Positions 26,500 to 35,147 of a stretch of DNA of 64,000 bases are shown piece after piece. Below the pieces are notes generated by a model that saw only the letters and a list, made by a program, of their open reading frames with translations, ran no database searches and had not been told where the DNA came from. Position 1 is the first letter of the stretch. Every line of letters begins with the position of its first letter. Made by a program: the position numbers and the translations under genes. The DNA is taken from NCBI GenBank assembly GCA_963791085.1, contig CAWBQG010000003.1, positions 119,447 to 183,446 on the forward strand. The letters run 5' to 3'. The stretch comes from an uncultured Acidobacteriaceae bacterium. GTDB taxonomy: Bacteria > Acidobacteriota > Terriglobia > Terriglobales > Acidobacteriaceae.

Positions 26500-29166
26500 T
26501 TACACGGTTTGTTGTTCGGGTATGTCAGCAGGTTTGGCAACGCCTCGGCCCTCATACGCTTTCCAAAGCAGTTCGGCCAGTTCGCTCATTAGGGGCATGC
26601 GCGGATTCGAGCGCCACGACGGATCTTCAAAAGTGGCCTTCACGAGGTCGGGAATCGCCCGCTCGAATTCTTCCTTCGAAATGCCCATCTCGGCGATTGA
26701 TCGTGGAAAGTTCAAGTCATCGAGCAATTGTTCCGTTGCCTCGATCAGTTTCTTGACTTTTTCTTCCACCGTATGACCGCCTAGTCCGAGTAAGTCTGCG
26801 ACCGTAGCGTACTTTTTATGCGCCACATAACCCTGCGTATAAGGCGACGGCATGAACTTGGCAGGAACTGCGGCGTTATAGGCAATTACATGCGGCAACA
26901 TGAGCGCATTGGCCCGGCCGTGCGCGACGTTAAAACGCGCCCCAAAAGCATGCGCTAGCGCGTGATTGACTCCCACTGACGCGTTTGAGAATGCCATTGC
27001 CGCGATGCAGGCGGCGTTGTGCATCATCGAGCGGGCCTCTTCATCGCGTGGATGCTCATAGGCGATCGGCAGGTACTTAAATGCCAGCCGAATCGCCTGC
27101 ATGGCGTTGGCATCGGTATAAGGCGATGCATAATTCGACACGCCAGCTTCCAGCGCGTGAGTCAGGCAATCGATGCCGGTGTCGGCCGTCAGGCCTTTCG
27201 GCATCGACATGACAAACTGCGGATCAACAATCGCCACGTCCGGAGTTAGCGAGTAATCGGCAAGTGTCACCTTGCGCCCACTCGACTTATCGGTCAGTAC
27301 CGCAAATGGAGTAACTTCGCTGCCGGTTCCGCTGGTTGTAGCAATCGCAATCATCCGTGCCCGGCTTGCTTTTTCGGTCGGAAACTGAACCACTCGTTTG
27401 CGGAGATCGAGAAAAGGCGCCGCCAACCCTTGCAGGTCAGCCTCGGGCGATTCATACTTAAGCTTCATGATCTTCGCCGCGTCGATAACCGACCCGCCGC
27501 CGAGCGCAATGATCTGGTCCGCTTTGTAGAAGTTGAGTGTCTCCACTCCCTGCGAGATGACCTTGATCTCAGGCTCCGCATCCGGAATGACTAGCACGTG
27601 AACGTGAGTGTCCGCGCCAATGTTTCGCCGGACGATATCTACGTGGCCGATTTGCTCGAGGCCCGGACTGGTGACGATGATGGTCGAGCGGGAGGGAAAC
27701 TGCCGCACGTTTTCCACCGCGTTCATGTTGAAGTAGATCTGATTCGGAATTCGGAACCACATATGGTTTTGTGTCCTGCGGGCGACGCGCTTGATGTTCA
27801 GATAGTGATAAACGTTGACGTTGTCGGTTGTGCTGTTACCGCCTCCGGTCCCGCATCCGAAAGAGAACGTCGGCACGAGATCGTTGTAAACCGCGCCCAG
27901 CGCTCCAATTGAGCCCGGCGAATTCACAATGATTCGCCCTGCGTTGATCACTTCGCTGAACTTGCGGATCACCTCATCGTTGCGCGAGAAAACAACCGCG
28001 GTGTGCCCAAGCCCTCCGGCATGATTTACGTCCACGCACACCTGGAGTGCCTCGCTCACCGACTTCGCGCGATAGACCGCGAGCACCGGGAATAGCTTTT
28101 CGGCCGAAAGCGGATGCTCCCGACCCACGCCTCGAATCGGCGCAATCAGAAGTTTGGTATTTGGCTTCACCGCGAGACCAATGAAGCGCGCGATATCGGT
28201 AGCCTTCTGCCCAACGGCCATAGGCTGCATAAATCCGGTCTGCGGATCAATCACCGTGCGCTCCAGCAGCGCGGTTTCTTTCTCGTTGCAGATGTGCGCG
28301 CCCAGGTCGGCAAATGTTTTCAGGGCGGCATCATAAATCTCGTCGTCGATCACCACCGTCTGCTCGGAAGCGCAAATGGTCCCGTTATCGAATGTTTTCG
28401 AAATAATAATGTCGACCACGGCCGCATTCAGATCCGCGGATTTTTCCAGGTAAACTGGCGTGTTCCCCGGTCCCACACCCAACGCCGGCTTGCCCGAACT
28501 GTAAGCGGCTTTTACCGCGCCCGGCCCGCCCGTGGCGTCGATCATGGCCACGTCTTTGTGCCGCATCATGTAGACGTTGTCGGGGATCGTGGGCGATTCC
28601 AGGCAGCTAAAAACCCCCTCCGGCGCGCCTTGCTTCACTGCCGTCTCGTACATGATTCTCACGGCCTCGGCGCAACAGCGCCACGCTTTCGGGTGCGGGC
28701 TGAAGATAACCGCGTTCCGCGTCTTCATCGCCACGATGCACTTGAACAAGACCGTGGAAGTGGGGTTCGTAATCGGCGTAATTGAAAACAAGACGCCGAT
28801 CGGGTCCGCTATCTCCACTAAATTCCGCTCGGGAAACTCGCGAATCACACCGACTGTGCGCTTGTCCTTGACATAGTTATAGACAAACTCGCTGGCCACC
28901 ATGTTCTTGATGACCTTGTCTTCCATCACGCCAAGCCTGGTTTCCTCAACCGCCAGCCGCGCCAGATGCTGAGCCTGCTCAAGTCCCGCCAGCACCATCG
29001 ATTTGACGATGCGATCCACGTCCTCCTGTGTAAATTGGGTAAAAACAGCGGCGGCGGTTTTTGCCTGACTAACCAGGTTCTCCAGGTAAGCAGTTCGTTC
29101 CGGACTGAGGCTGTCCGCGGCGGATGGACCGTGCGCTTGCTCCTTCACCGCTTCACTCGCGATCAT
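26500..29166 (-). CDS. adhE: bifunctional acetaldehyde-CoA/alcohol dehydrogenase AdhE
   Basis: 888 aa. N-terminal aldehyde dehydrogenase half (TNPTSTVLFK, FDNGTICASEQ) and C-terminal Fe-ADH half (GGGSVIDAAK, GVNHALAHAFG). Confidence 0.95.
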   Translation of the reverse strand: MIASEAVKEQAHGPSAADSLSPERTAYLENLVSQAKTAAAVFTQFTQEDVDRIVKSMVLAGLEQAQHLARLAVEETRLGVMEDKVIKNMVASEFVYNYVKDKRTVGVIREFPERNLVEIADPIGVLFSITPITNPTSTVLFKCIVAMKTRNAVIFSPHPKAWRCCAEAVRIMYETAVKQGAPEGVFSCLESPTIPDNVYMMRHKDVAMIDATGGPGAVKAAYSSGKPALGVGPGNTPVYLEKSADLNAAVVDIIISKTFDNGTICASEQTVVIDDEIYDAALKTFADLGAHICNEKETALLERTVIDPQTGFMQPMAVGQKATDIARFIGLAVKPNTKLLIAPIRGVGREHPLSAEKLFPVLAVYRAKSVSEALQVCVDVNHAGGLGHTAVVFSRNDEVIRKFSEVINAGRIIVNSPGSIGALGAVYNDLVPTFSFGCGTGGGNSTTDNVNVYHYLNIKRVARRTQNHMWFRIPNQIYFNMNAVENVRQFPSRSTIIVTSPGLEQIGHVDIVRRNIGADTHVHVLVIPDAEPEIKVISQGVETLNFYKADQIIALGGGSVIDAAKIMKLKYESPEADLQGLAAPFLDLRKRVVQFPTEKASRARMIAIATTSGTGSEVTPFAVLTDKSSGRKVTLADYSLTPDVAIVDPQFVMSMPKGLTADTGIDCLTHALEAGVSNYASPYTDANAMQAIRLAFKYLPIAYEHPRDEEARSMMHNAACIAAMAFSNASVGVNHALAHAFGARFNVAHGRANALMLPHVIAYNAAVPAKFMPSPYTQGYVAHKKYATVADLLGLGGHTVEEKVKKLIEATEQLLDDLNFPRSIAEMGISKEEFERAIPDLVKATFEDPSWRSNPRMPLMSELAELLWKAYEGRGVAKPADIPEQQTV

Positions 29167-29447
29167 TACTGCCTCCCTTCCGAACTGCGGGGAACCTCGC
29201 CGGCGTGAGCGCGTCTACTTGGAAATCAAATGTCCGAAGTAAAATGCCGGCGTCGAATCTTCGTCTATGACGGCGGCACTAATCTCTTGATCGCCTCAAA
29301 GCGCAAAATTACAAGGGATTAGCGACAGCGTGTGAGGAAAGTTCGGCGATGCAGATTCCGGGGCTCCGGCGGGCACCATACGTCAGCCTCGCTACCAAAG
29401 TAGAGCCCCTTCGGTGGAGTTGGTCTACAACGTGTGTCACACCTGAA

Positions 29448-29463
29448 TGTGACTATTATCACG
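29448..29463. promoter_or_regulatory. CRP/FNR-family-like site TGTGA-N6-TCACG in the adhE upstream region
   Basis: 'tgtgactattatcacg' matches TGTGA-N6-TCACA at 9/10 positions, about 290 nt upstream of the adhE ATG. Confidence 0.25.
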
Positions 29464-29542
29464 GGCTAACCGCAGATAGGCCGTGACCTACTAAGTCGCC
29501 GCTGGCTGAACTAAGGGCCGCTTGGTTTTCGAGGGGCAGGAG

Positions 29543-29557
29543 TGCTGCGGTGCAGCA
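29543..29557. promoter_or_regulatory. PhaR-type palindromic operator TGCTGC-ggt-GCAGCA (adhE leader/promoter region)
   Basis: Perfect 6+3+6 palindrome, identical in its arms to the sites at both phasin-like promoters. It lies 377 nt upstream of the adhE ATG. Confidence 0.5.
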
Positions 29558-29642
29558 TAAGTCATGCACGCACGGCGTTAGTTGCAGACTCAACACGCGC
29601 ATGGTGATCACCACGCGACTTAGCGGACATGCCAGGTTATTA

Positions 29643-29655
29643 GCTGCAATGCAGC
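29643..29655. promoter_or_regulatory. second, shorter palindrome GCTGC-aat-GCAGC upstream of adhE
   Basis: Same 5+3+5 core as the 15-mers, 100 nt further upstream. Confidence 0.35.
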
Positions 29656-29872
29656 GCAAGAATTGTTTTGCGGCGGGCCCATGGAAAGGAATCCGATTTG
29701 GCGTCCAGCTGATTGCGAAACAGGGGTTTCGCCTCATCCGTCGTGGAAGTCATGGAAATTTGTTGCAGAAACCAAGGGGTATTGCGGAAGGGCAGTCTGG
29801 GGCATTCTTTTCCCCTCATCACCGGCGTTCTCGACGAGGTTGCCGAGCAACGGTCGCCCCGCATGGGCAGCT

Positions 29873-30160
29873 TCAGAACATTACGCAGGCTTCGTTGACC
29901 CGATCCAGCACCCGTTGCAGCAGCGCGAGTTTCCGCTCGAGTTCCGCCTTCCGTGCAGCATCCGTCTCCCGGGCGATTTGCTCCTTCATGCTGTTCTTCT
30001 TGCCCGCAAGCAACTCTCCCGTCTGTTCGAGTTCGCCGGCGTCGAGCCGCAGATCATGGGCCATGACCTTTGTCAAAATTTCGTTGTATTGTCGCGGGTC
30101 GCCTTCTAGCAGAACATTCGCCAGCAGTTTCAGTTCGTCCGTTTCCAGGTGGAATTGCAT
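29873..30160 (-). CDS. hypothetical coiled-coil protein
   Basis: The ATG at 30160 is preceded by GAGGGGGAG. The 95-aa product starts MQFHLETDELKLLANVLLEG. Family not recognised. Confidence 0.5.
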   Translation of the reverse strand: MQFHLETDELKLLANVLLEGDPRQYNEILTKVMAHDLRLDAGELEQTGELLAGKKNSMKEQIARETDAARKAELERKLALLQRVLDRVNEACVMF

Positions 30161-30352
30161 GGCTCCCCCTCTCAACTCGAAAAATGCTTCATAGAAATTA
30201 GATCACGGTAACCCGCGAGGTGTCAGTGACGACCATCATCGGAGCACAGTCCGGCCGTACTTCTTCCAGGAATTCTCGATGAGGTGGAATTGGGTTGATG
30301 ACGCCGCAGGCGCGGGCGCGGGAAAGAACGAATTGCAGCGGTTCCTCCCGGT

Positions 30353-30913
30353 CTACTGCCCAAGCAGGCCTTTTTTCAGAGCCGCAGTGGGCGGCTTTGG
30401 CCCAAGCCACACGGAGAAGAGCGCTTGGCCGAAGCTCGGGCCGTCGATCACCAGCCTCTCCTTGCCATTGATGGCGAACGTCGTGCCCATGCCGGGGACG
30501 CAGGTGAAGATCATCTGATCGCCCTCCTTGAGCGGTTCAAGGGCGCCCAGCATCCGGTCGATGTCCGCCTTCATCGTCCTCTCAGCGTCCGGCGCGTTGT
30601 CGCGAAACGATTCGTCGAACGCCTCCGCCATCTGGTTCTTGCTTACGCTGCGCATGAACTGCAGGACGATCCGCTTGGGTTCATCGGCCTTGAGGATTGC
30701 GCCGGGATCCGCGGACTTCTGCGTCAGGTAGAGTCCTGCAACGTAAACCTTAACCATGTATTTCGTGCGCAATCCCATGCCATTGAGCACCAGCGACGTT
30801 CTCCCCACCTGTACCGTATCCGGCATGGACACGCCCGCCAGTTCGGCAGCGTATAGATTGCAGATCGACGCCAGCGCGAACGCGACCGCCAACGAAATAA
30901 CCGTGCTTCGCAT
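30353..30913 (-). CDS. secreted chalcone isomerase-like family protein
   Basis: 186 aa with a signal peptide and a pattern typical of bacterial CHI-like proteins (LVLNGMGLRTKYMVKVYVAGLYL ... FSVWLG). Confidence 0.8.
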   Translation of the reverse strand: MRSTVISLAVAFALASICNLYAAELAGVSMPDTVQVGRTSLVLNGMGLRTKYMVKVYVAGLYLTQKSADPGAILKADEPKRIVLQFMRSVSKNQMAEAFDESFRDNAPDAERTMKADIDRMLGALEPLKEGDQMIFTCVPGMGTTFAINGKERLVIDGPSFGQALFSVWLGPKPPTAALKKGLLGQ

Positions 30914-31081
30914 GTGTATCCCTCAGTAAACGGGCCTGCGAGACGAGATCGTACCACAGGCAAACCTGCCGTCCGAGCCACCTCTTAGTCCGAGGCTGGC
31001 TCCATGAATACCTGAACGAACTCGACTCTTGTTGATAAAATGAGCGGCGAGCGGCGAGTCGGAAACCCAAAAGGGAGGCGG

Positions 31082-32344
31082 ATGGAGAACGCGATCGGTC
31101 TCGTGATGACCGGCGGAGGCGCCAGGGGTGCCTATCAAGCCGGAGTTCTGAAGCGCATCGGTGAGCTGAAAGCGATCGAGGCCCACGGCAATCCTTTTCC
31201 TTTGATCGGAGGCGCGTCCGCCGGCGCAGTGAATGGCAGTGCGCTCGCCGCCGGTTGCGACGATTTCTCCTCCGCAACCCGTCTTCTCGCCGAAATGTGG
31301 GCGGGGCTCCAACCCTCCGATGTCTTCCGCTGCGATTTCGTAACGCAGGCGCACAATTCCCTCACCTGGATTCTGGATCTTTCATTTGGCGGGATTACCG
31401 GCGGAGGCCATGCCCGATCCTTATTAGATGCCGCTCCACTGCGGCACTTCCTGGGGCGGCATCTCGATTGTGACCGCATTCAAGCCAACATCAAGTGCGG
31501 CAACCTCTATGCTCTGGCCATTTCGGCGACCAACTTCAACTCCGGAAAGAGCTATCTTTTCATTCAGGGCGCCAAAGGGCACCCCATGTGGCAGCGTAGC
31601 CGGAGGGTGACGGTAGCGGCCAAAATTACGGTTGACCACATTTGCGCGTCCGCCGCCATTCCACTGATCTTCGAGCCGGTGCAACTCAAGATCCCAAGGG
31701 GATCAGCTTTCTTCGGTGACGGTTGCGCTCGCCTTCAACAACCTCTCAGCCCGGTCATCCGCCTGGGAGCGAAGAAGGTTTTCGCCATCGGCGTCCGCTG
31801 TGACAGCCAGCAACCCCTGGAAGTAAGCGCAGTTGAGAAAAGTCCCTCGCTCGCGCAGGTGATGGGAGTTCTCTTCAACGTGATCTTCCTCGACCATCTC
31901 GCCACCGATCTGGAGCACTTGGAGCGGCTGAATCATCTGCTCGAACATGGCCAGATCGTGAAGCACGACGTGGAAGAGTGCGAAACAATCCGCCCCTTGC
32001 GGACGTTTGTCATCACCCCATCCGTCATCTTGTCGGATGTGGCAGAGCGCCATCAAAAAGACATGCCCTCTCTGGTTCGGTACTTTGTCAACAGCTTGGG
32101 ACGGGATTCGGATTCCTGTGCGGACTTGATGAGTTACTTGCTCTTCACTTCAAAGTACACCCGCGAGTTGATTGACGTCGGCTATCGCGACGCCGACGAG
32201 CGAATCGATGAAATCGAAGACTTCCTATATTCCTCGGACGGTGGGGAAAGCCGGAAGATCGCCGCCAATGCGGCGAAAGGTGGGATCAAGCCACCTGCGG
32301 ACCTGAACGCCGATGGACCGGGTAACGTAAACCGGTTCTTGTGA
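31082..32344 (+). CDS. patatin-like phospholipase family protein
   Basis: The ATG at 31082 follows GGAGGCGG. Motifs: oxyanion GGGARGAYQAGV, nucleophile GASAGA, and FFGDGC (catalytic Asp region). Confidence 0.85.
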   Translation: MENAIGLVMTGGGARGAYQAGVLKRIGELKAIEAHGNPFPLIGGASAGAVNGSALAAGCDDFSSATRLLAEMWAGLQPSDVFRCDFVTQAHNSLTWILDLSFGGITGGGHARSLLDAAPLRHFLGRHLDCDRIQANIKCGNLYALAISATNFNSGKSYLFIQGAKGHPMWQRSRRVTVAAKITVDHICASAAIPLIFEPVQLKIPRGSAFFGDGCARLQQPLSPVIRLGAKKVFAIGVRCDSQQPLEVSAVEKSPSLAQVMGVLFNVIFLDHLATDLEHLERLNHLLEHGQIVKHDVEECETIRPLRTFVITPSVILSDVAERHQKDMPSLVRYFVNSLGRDSDSCADLMSYLLFTSKYTRELIDVGYRDADERIDEIEDFLYSSDGGESRKIAANAAKGGIKPPADLNADGPGNVNRFL

Positions 32345-32586
32345 GCGAGCAGCCTTCCGGCATGCGGAAATCGCGCCGCCGGATAGTTGAAGCTGGAAAT
32401 AAAATCGCGTCCTCGGACGAATGACTTGATTCGTTCGAAAAAGTGCCTCGAATCGAACGACCATTCGCCCGAAGACGCCTCGCCGGAGTCAACGATCTTT
32501 CTCCAGACGATAATGGGCTGGCGTTTTCGGCAACACGCATCGCCACAGACCGAAAAAGCTCGCCCTGCCTCGTTATTGCCGTCGCA

Positions 32587-33513
32587 TCAGGCGGTCGCCG
32601 CGACCGGAGGCTTTCTGGTGGCCCGCACTGGACGCTTGGCGCTCCGCTCCGTCTTGCCCGTTCGCGCGTGTCCATTCACAGGCCTTACGACGGCATCCAT
32701 CACTGCCCGCTGCGCGTCCACGTAGCTCTTCACAGTCTCCCGCGCCAACTCGCCCAGTGGGACGAACGGGAACGGCTGCAGAAGGTCCAGGGTCTTGCCT
32801 GCAGTTTTCACATAGGCGTTCATTTGCTGCCCTGCAACGTCGGCCAGCTTCTTTTGGGCCTCGATGAACGAGTCTGTCGCCTGTCGCGCAATCTCCGCCA
32901 GTTCGGTCTTCTTCATCTTCTTCGCACCGTTGGCGCTCTTCCCGCGGGTTGCGTTGGAGGTCTCTTCGGCGATCACGTCCAGAAAACGCTTCTGCGCCTT
33001 GACGAAGGTCTCCATGCTTTCGCGGGCCAGATCCACCACGTGCTCCGGCTGGTATGGCTTGCGGGCTTTGGCGGCCTCCACCCAGACATGATTCTGCTTG
33101 CCGGCGATCTTCAGGAACCCCTCTTGCATCTCAATGAAGGTGTCCACGCTGCGCCGCAGCAGATCAATGGCGGCATGGCGCCGCGGGCACTCGCCGATAC
33201 GTTCCTTGACCCCGGTCATCAGAATTTCGTTCTGCTCCTTGCCGAGATCGAGAAGCACCTTCTGTCCTTCGAGAAAGTTTTCCATGCCCTCGCCCGCCAT
33301 TTCGTTGAGGATGGTCGTGGGCGAACGATGGGGATCCGATAGTTGCTGCCGCAGGACGTCCATCACGCTGGCATTCTGCCGCATCGCCAGATCCAGCAGG
33401 ATCCGCTGCGTGCCGAAGAAAGCCTGTGCTCCCTGCTGCGCCCAACCGGAAAGAAGCGACAACACCGACGCTTCCTTTTGCGGAGTGGGTTCGTGCTTTG
33501 TTGCCGCTGCCAT
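32587..33513 (-). CDS. phasin-like repeat protein (paralog 1)
   Basis: 308 aa with six copies of an amphipathic motif, x-F-x3-Q-x3-L-D (e.g. ENFLEGQKVLLDLGKEQ, ETFVKAQKRFLDVIAEE, DSFIEAQKKLADVAGQQ), and a basic C-terminal tail. It is divergent from phaR and preceded by a strong promoter plus a palindromic operator. Confidence 0.7.
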   Translation of the reverse strand: MAAATKHEPTPQKEASVLSLLSGWAQQGAQAFFGTQRILLDLAMRQNASVMDVLRQQLSDPHRSPTTILNEMAGEGMENFLEGQKVLLDLGKEQNEILMTGVKERIGECPRRHAAIDLLRRSVDTFIEMQEGFLKIAGKQNHVWVEAAKARKPYQPEHVVDLARESMETFVKAQKRFLDVIAEETSNATRGKSANGAKKMKKTELAEIARQATDSFIEAQKKLADVAGQQMNAYVKTAGKTLDLLQPFPFVPLGELARETVKSYVDAQRAVMDAVVRPVNGHARTGKTERSAKRPVRATRKPPVAATA

Positions 33514-33528
33514 ATGAGTTCCTCCGAT

Positions 33529-33543
33529 TGCTGCGTTGCAGCA
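33529..33543. promoter_or_regulatory. PhaR-type palindromic operator TGCTGC-gtt-GCAGCA at the phasin-like gene 1 / phaR divergent region
   Basis: Perfect palindrome, 8 nt downstream of the -10 of the phasin-like promoter and just upstream of its RBS. Confidence 0.65.
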
Positions 33544-33551
33544 TCAGCTAA

Positions 33552-33580
33552 ACTATACGAGGTCAAGGGACTTGTGTCAA
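33552..33580 (-). promoter_or_regulatory. sigma70-like promoter of phasin-like gene 1 (TTGACA-N17-TATAGT)
   Basis: On the minus strand: 'ttgaca' (33575-33580), a 17-nt spacer, 'tatagt' (33552-33557). Confidence 0.55.
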
Positions 33581-33623
33581 GATATTCCGGGTCGCTTGTG
33601 CACAGCAACATAGGCGGGGAACC

Positions 33624-34157
33624 ATGAAGCCTTCCGCAGTCGTCATCAAGAAATACGGGAATCGCCGCTTGTACGACACCACTGGCAGCCGCTACGTCAA
33701 CCTCGACGACCTGGCCGCGCTCGTTCGAGCAGGTCAGGAGGTCCGCGTCGTCGATGCGAAAACCGGCCAGGACCTGACCCGCGTCACGCTGACGCAAATC
33801 ATTACCGAGGACGCTAAGGATAAGCCGACCGGCCTGCCGCTCGAACTGTTGCGTCAGTTGATCATCGCCTCCGATGAAGTGCGGCAGGAATTCCTCATGT
33901 GGTATCTGAAATCCGCGTTTGACACCTACGAGAAGGTGCATGATACGGTGCAGCACCGCTTGAGTGAAGTTCAGTCCGCCATCCTCTCTCCGGTAGACAT
34001 GATGAAGCGCTTCCTCGGTACAGCGGTGCCATCGTCTCCGCAAGCCGGCGTGGAGCCCGAAGTGGATGCCCTGCGCAAGCGGGTCGCGGAACTCGAGGCG
34101 CGACTGGAAAAGCCCGCGCGCGGCAAAGGCAAACGTAAATCCCGCAAGAAGCGTTGA
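33624..34157 (+). CDS. phaR: polyhydroxyalkanoate synthesis repressor PhaR
   Basis: 177 aa with a PhaR N-terminal DNA-binding signature (IKKYGNRRLYDT..S.YV.L.DL) and a basic tail (GKGKRKSRKKR). Confidence 0.9.
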   Translation: MKPSAVVIKKYGNRRLYDTTGSRYVNLDDLAALVRAGQEVRVVDAKTGQDLTRVTLTQIITEDAKDKPTGLPLELLRQLIIASDEVRQEFLMWYLKSAFDTYEKVHDTVQHRLSEVQSAILSPVDMMKRFLGTAVPSSPQAGVEPEVDALRKRVAELEARLEKPARGKGKRKSRKKR

Positions 34158-34315
34158 GCGCGCATCTGTCACGAGACCGCTCAACCTGACACGAGTGCCG
34201 GGGATGTCAACTTCGATATCTGTTTGGCCGGCAGAAGAGAGCGGTATAATCCCGCAGCACGCCAATCGCCCTCTCCGCGCGGCAACGCGAGGACAGAGGC
34301 CAGCGCAGGACGAAC

Positions 34316-35128
34316 TTGCAGCGCAAACAGAAAAGGACAACAAAACGTCATTCAACGATCGGACAGCGCAGGCGTCCTCGTCGGCAACTCCGCCCGGAAG
34401 CGAACACCTCCCTCTGGACCGAGGCGCTGCTCGGAGCTGAAATCCTCATCCTTCACGCCGCTCCTGTGTTCTACGGCCTGGGCGTGCCGCACGGCGATGG
34501 CTCCGCGGTTGTCATCATTCCCGGGTTTCTCGGCACCGATCTCTACCTGACGGAGCTGCATGCATGGCTGCGCCGCATTGGATACCAGCCGTATTTTTCC
34601 GGGATCGGCATGAATGCAGAATGTCCGAACCTGCTCATCCAGCGCCGTCTGAATCAGACCATCGACAGGGCGTTGGCCGAGACGGGGCGCAAGATTCATC
34701 TGATTGGCCATAGCCTGGGAGGAGTCATCGCCCGCTCGGTGGCGGGCGAGCGGCCGAACGATGTTGCTTCAGTAATTACCCTGGCTGCGCCCATCCGCGG
34801 CATGGTTGCGAATCGCGCTGTTCGCCGCGCCGCCGAAGCTGTTCGCCTCCGCATTCTTGAGGAGCACGGCCGAGGCGTGCTGCCCGATTGTTACACCGGC
34901 CAATGTACCTGCAATTTCCTGAATTCGCTCCGTCGCAAAGTCCCCGCCGCGATGGGCGAGACCGCCATTTTCACACGCAACGACGGCGTTGTGGACTGGC
35001 GCAACTGTCTGACGAGAGACCCTGAAAAAGACGTGGAAGTCCCCGGCACTCACATCGGAATGGCATTCAATCCAGCGGTATATGCGGTGGTCGCCGAGCG
35101 GCTGGCCCGGGCGCATTCGGCCGGGTAG
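34316..35128 (+). CDS. alpha/beta hydrolase (lipase/esterase-like)
   Basis: Nucleophile elbow GHSLGG, with an upstream PGFLGTD loop. The first available start is TTG 34316, giving a very basic N-terminus. The real start is uncertain. Confidence 0.75.
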   Translation: MQRKQKRTTKRHSTIGQRRRPRRQLRPEANTSLWTEALLGAEILILHAAPVFYGLGVPHGDGSAVVIIPGFLGTDLYLTELHAWLRRIGYQPYFSGIGMNAECPNLLIQRRLNQTIDRALAETGRKIHLIGHSLGGVIARSVAGERPNDVASVITLAAPIRGMVANRAVRRAAEAVRLRILEEHGRGVLPDCYTGQCTCNFLNSLRRKVPAAMGETAIFTRNDGVVDWRNCLTRDPEKDVEVPGTHIGMAFNPAVYAVVAERLARAHSAG

Positions 35129-35147
35129 CGTGATCGCTGCGGACTGC

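Noticed and set aside
29459-30194. ORFs in the adhE upstream region (29459..29737-, 29550..30194+, 29663..30109+, 29640..29864-)
   Set aside because: They have no family resemblance or RBS. They overlap each other and the better-supported minus-strand gene 29873..30160. I treat the region as an adhE leader/regulatory region.
30198-30410. 70-aa minus-strand ORF in the gap between the hypothetical gene and the CHI-like gene
   Set aside because: It overlaps the 3' end of the CHI-like gene in another frame. The non-overlapping part contains only a 13-codon ATG ORF. There is no RBS or family resemblance.
32443-33342. 299-aa plus-strand ORF, and the 276/330-aa ORFs at 37995..39006, overlapping the phasin-like genes
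   Set aside because: Their composition is Arg/Leu-rich and non-protein-like. The minus-strand products have a periodic amphipathic repeat, an RBS, a consensus promoter and an operator. The antisense ORFs are a by-product of the repeat composition.
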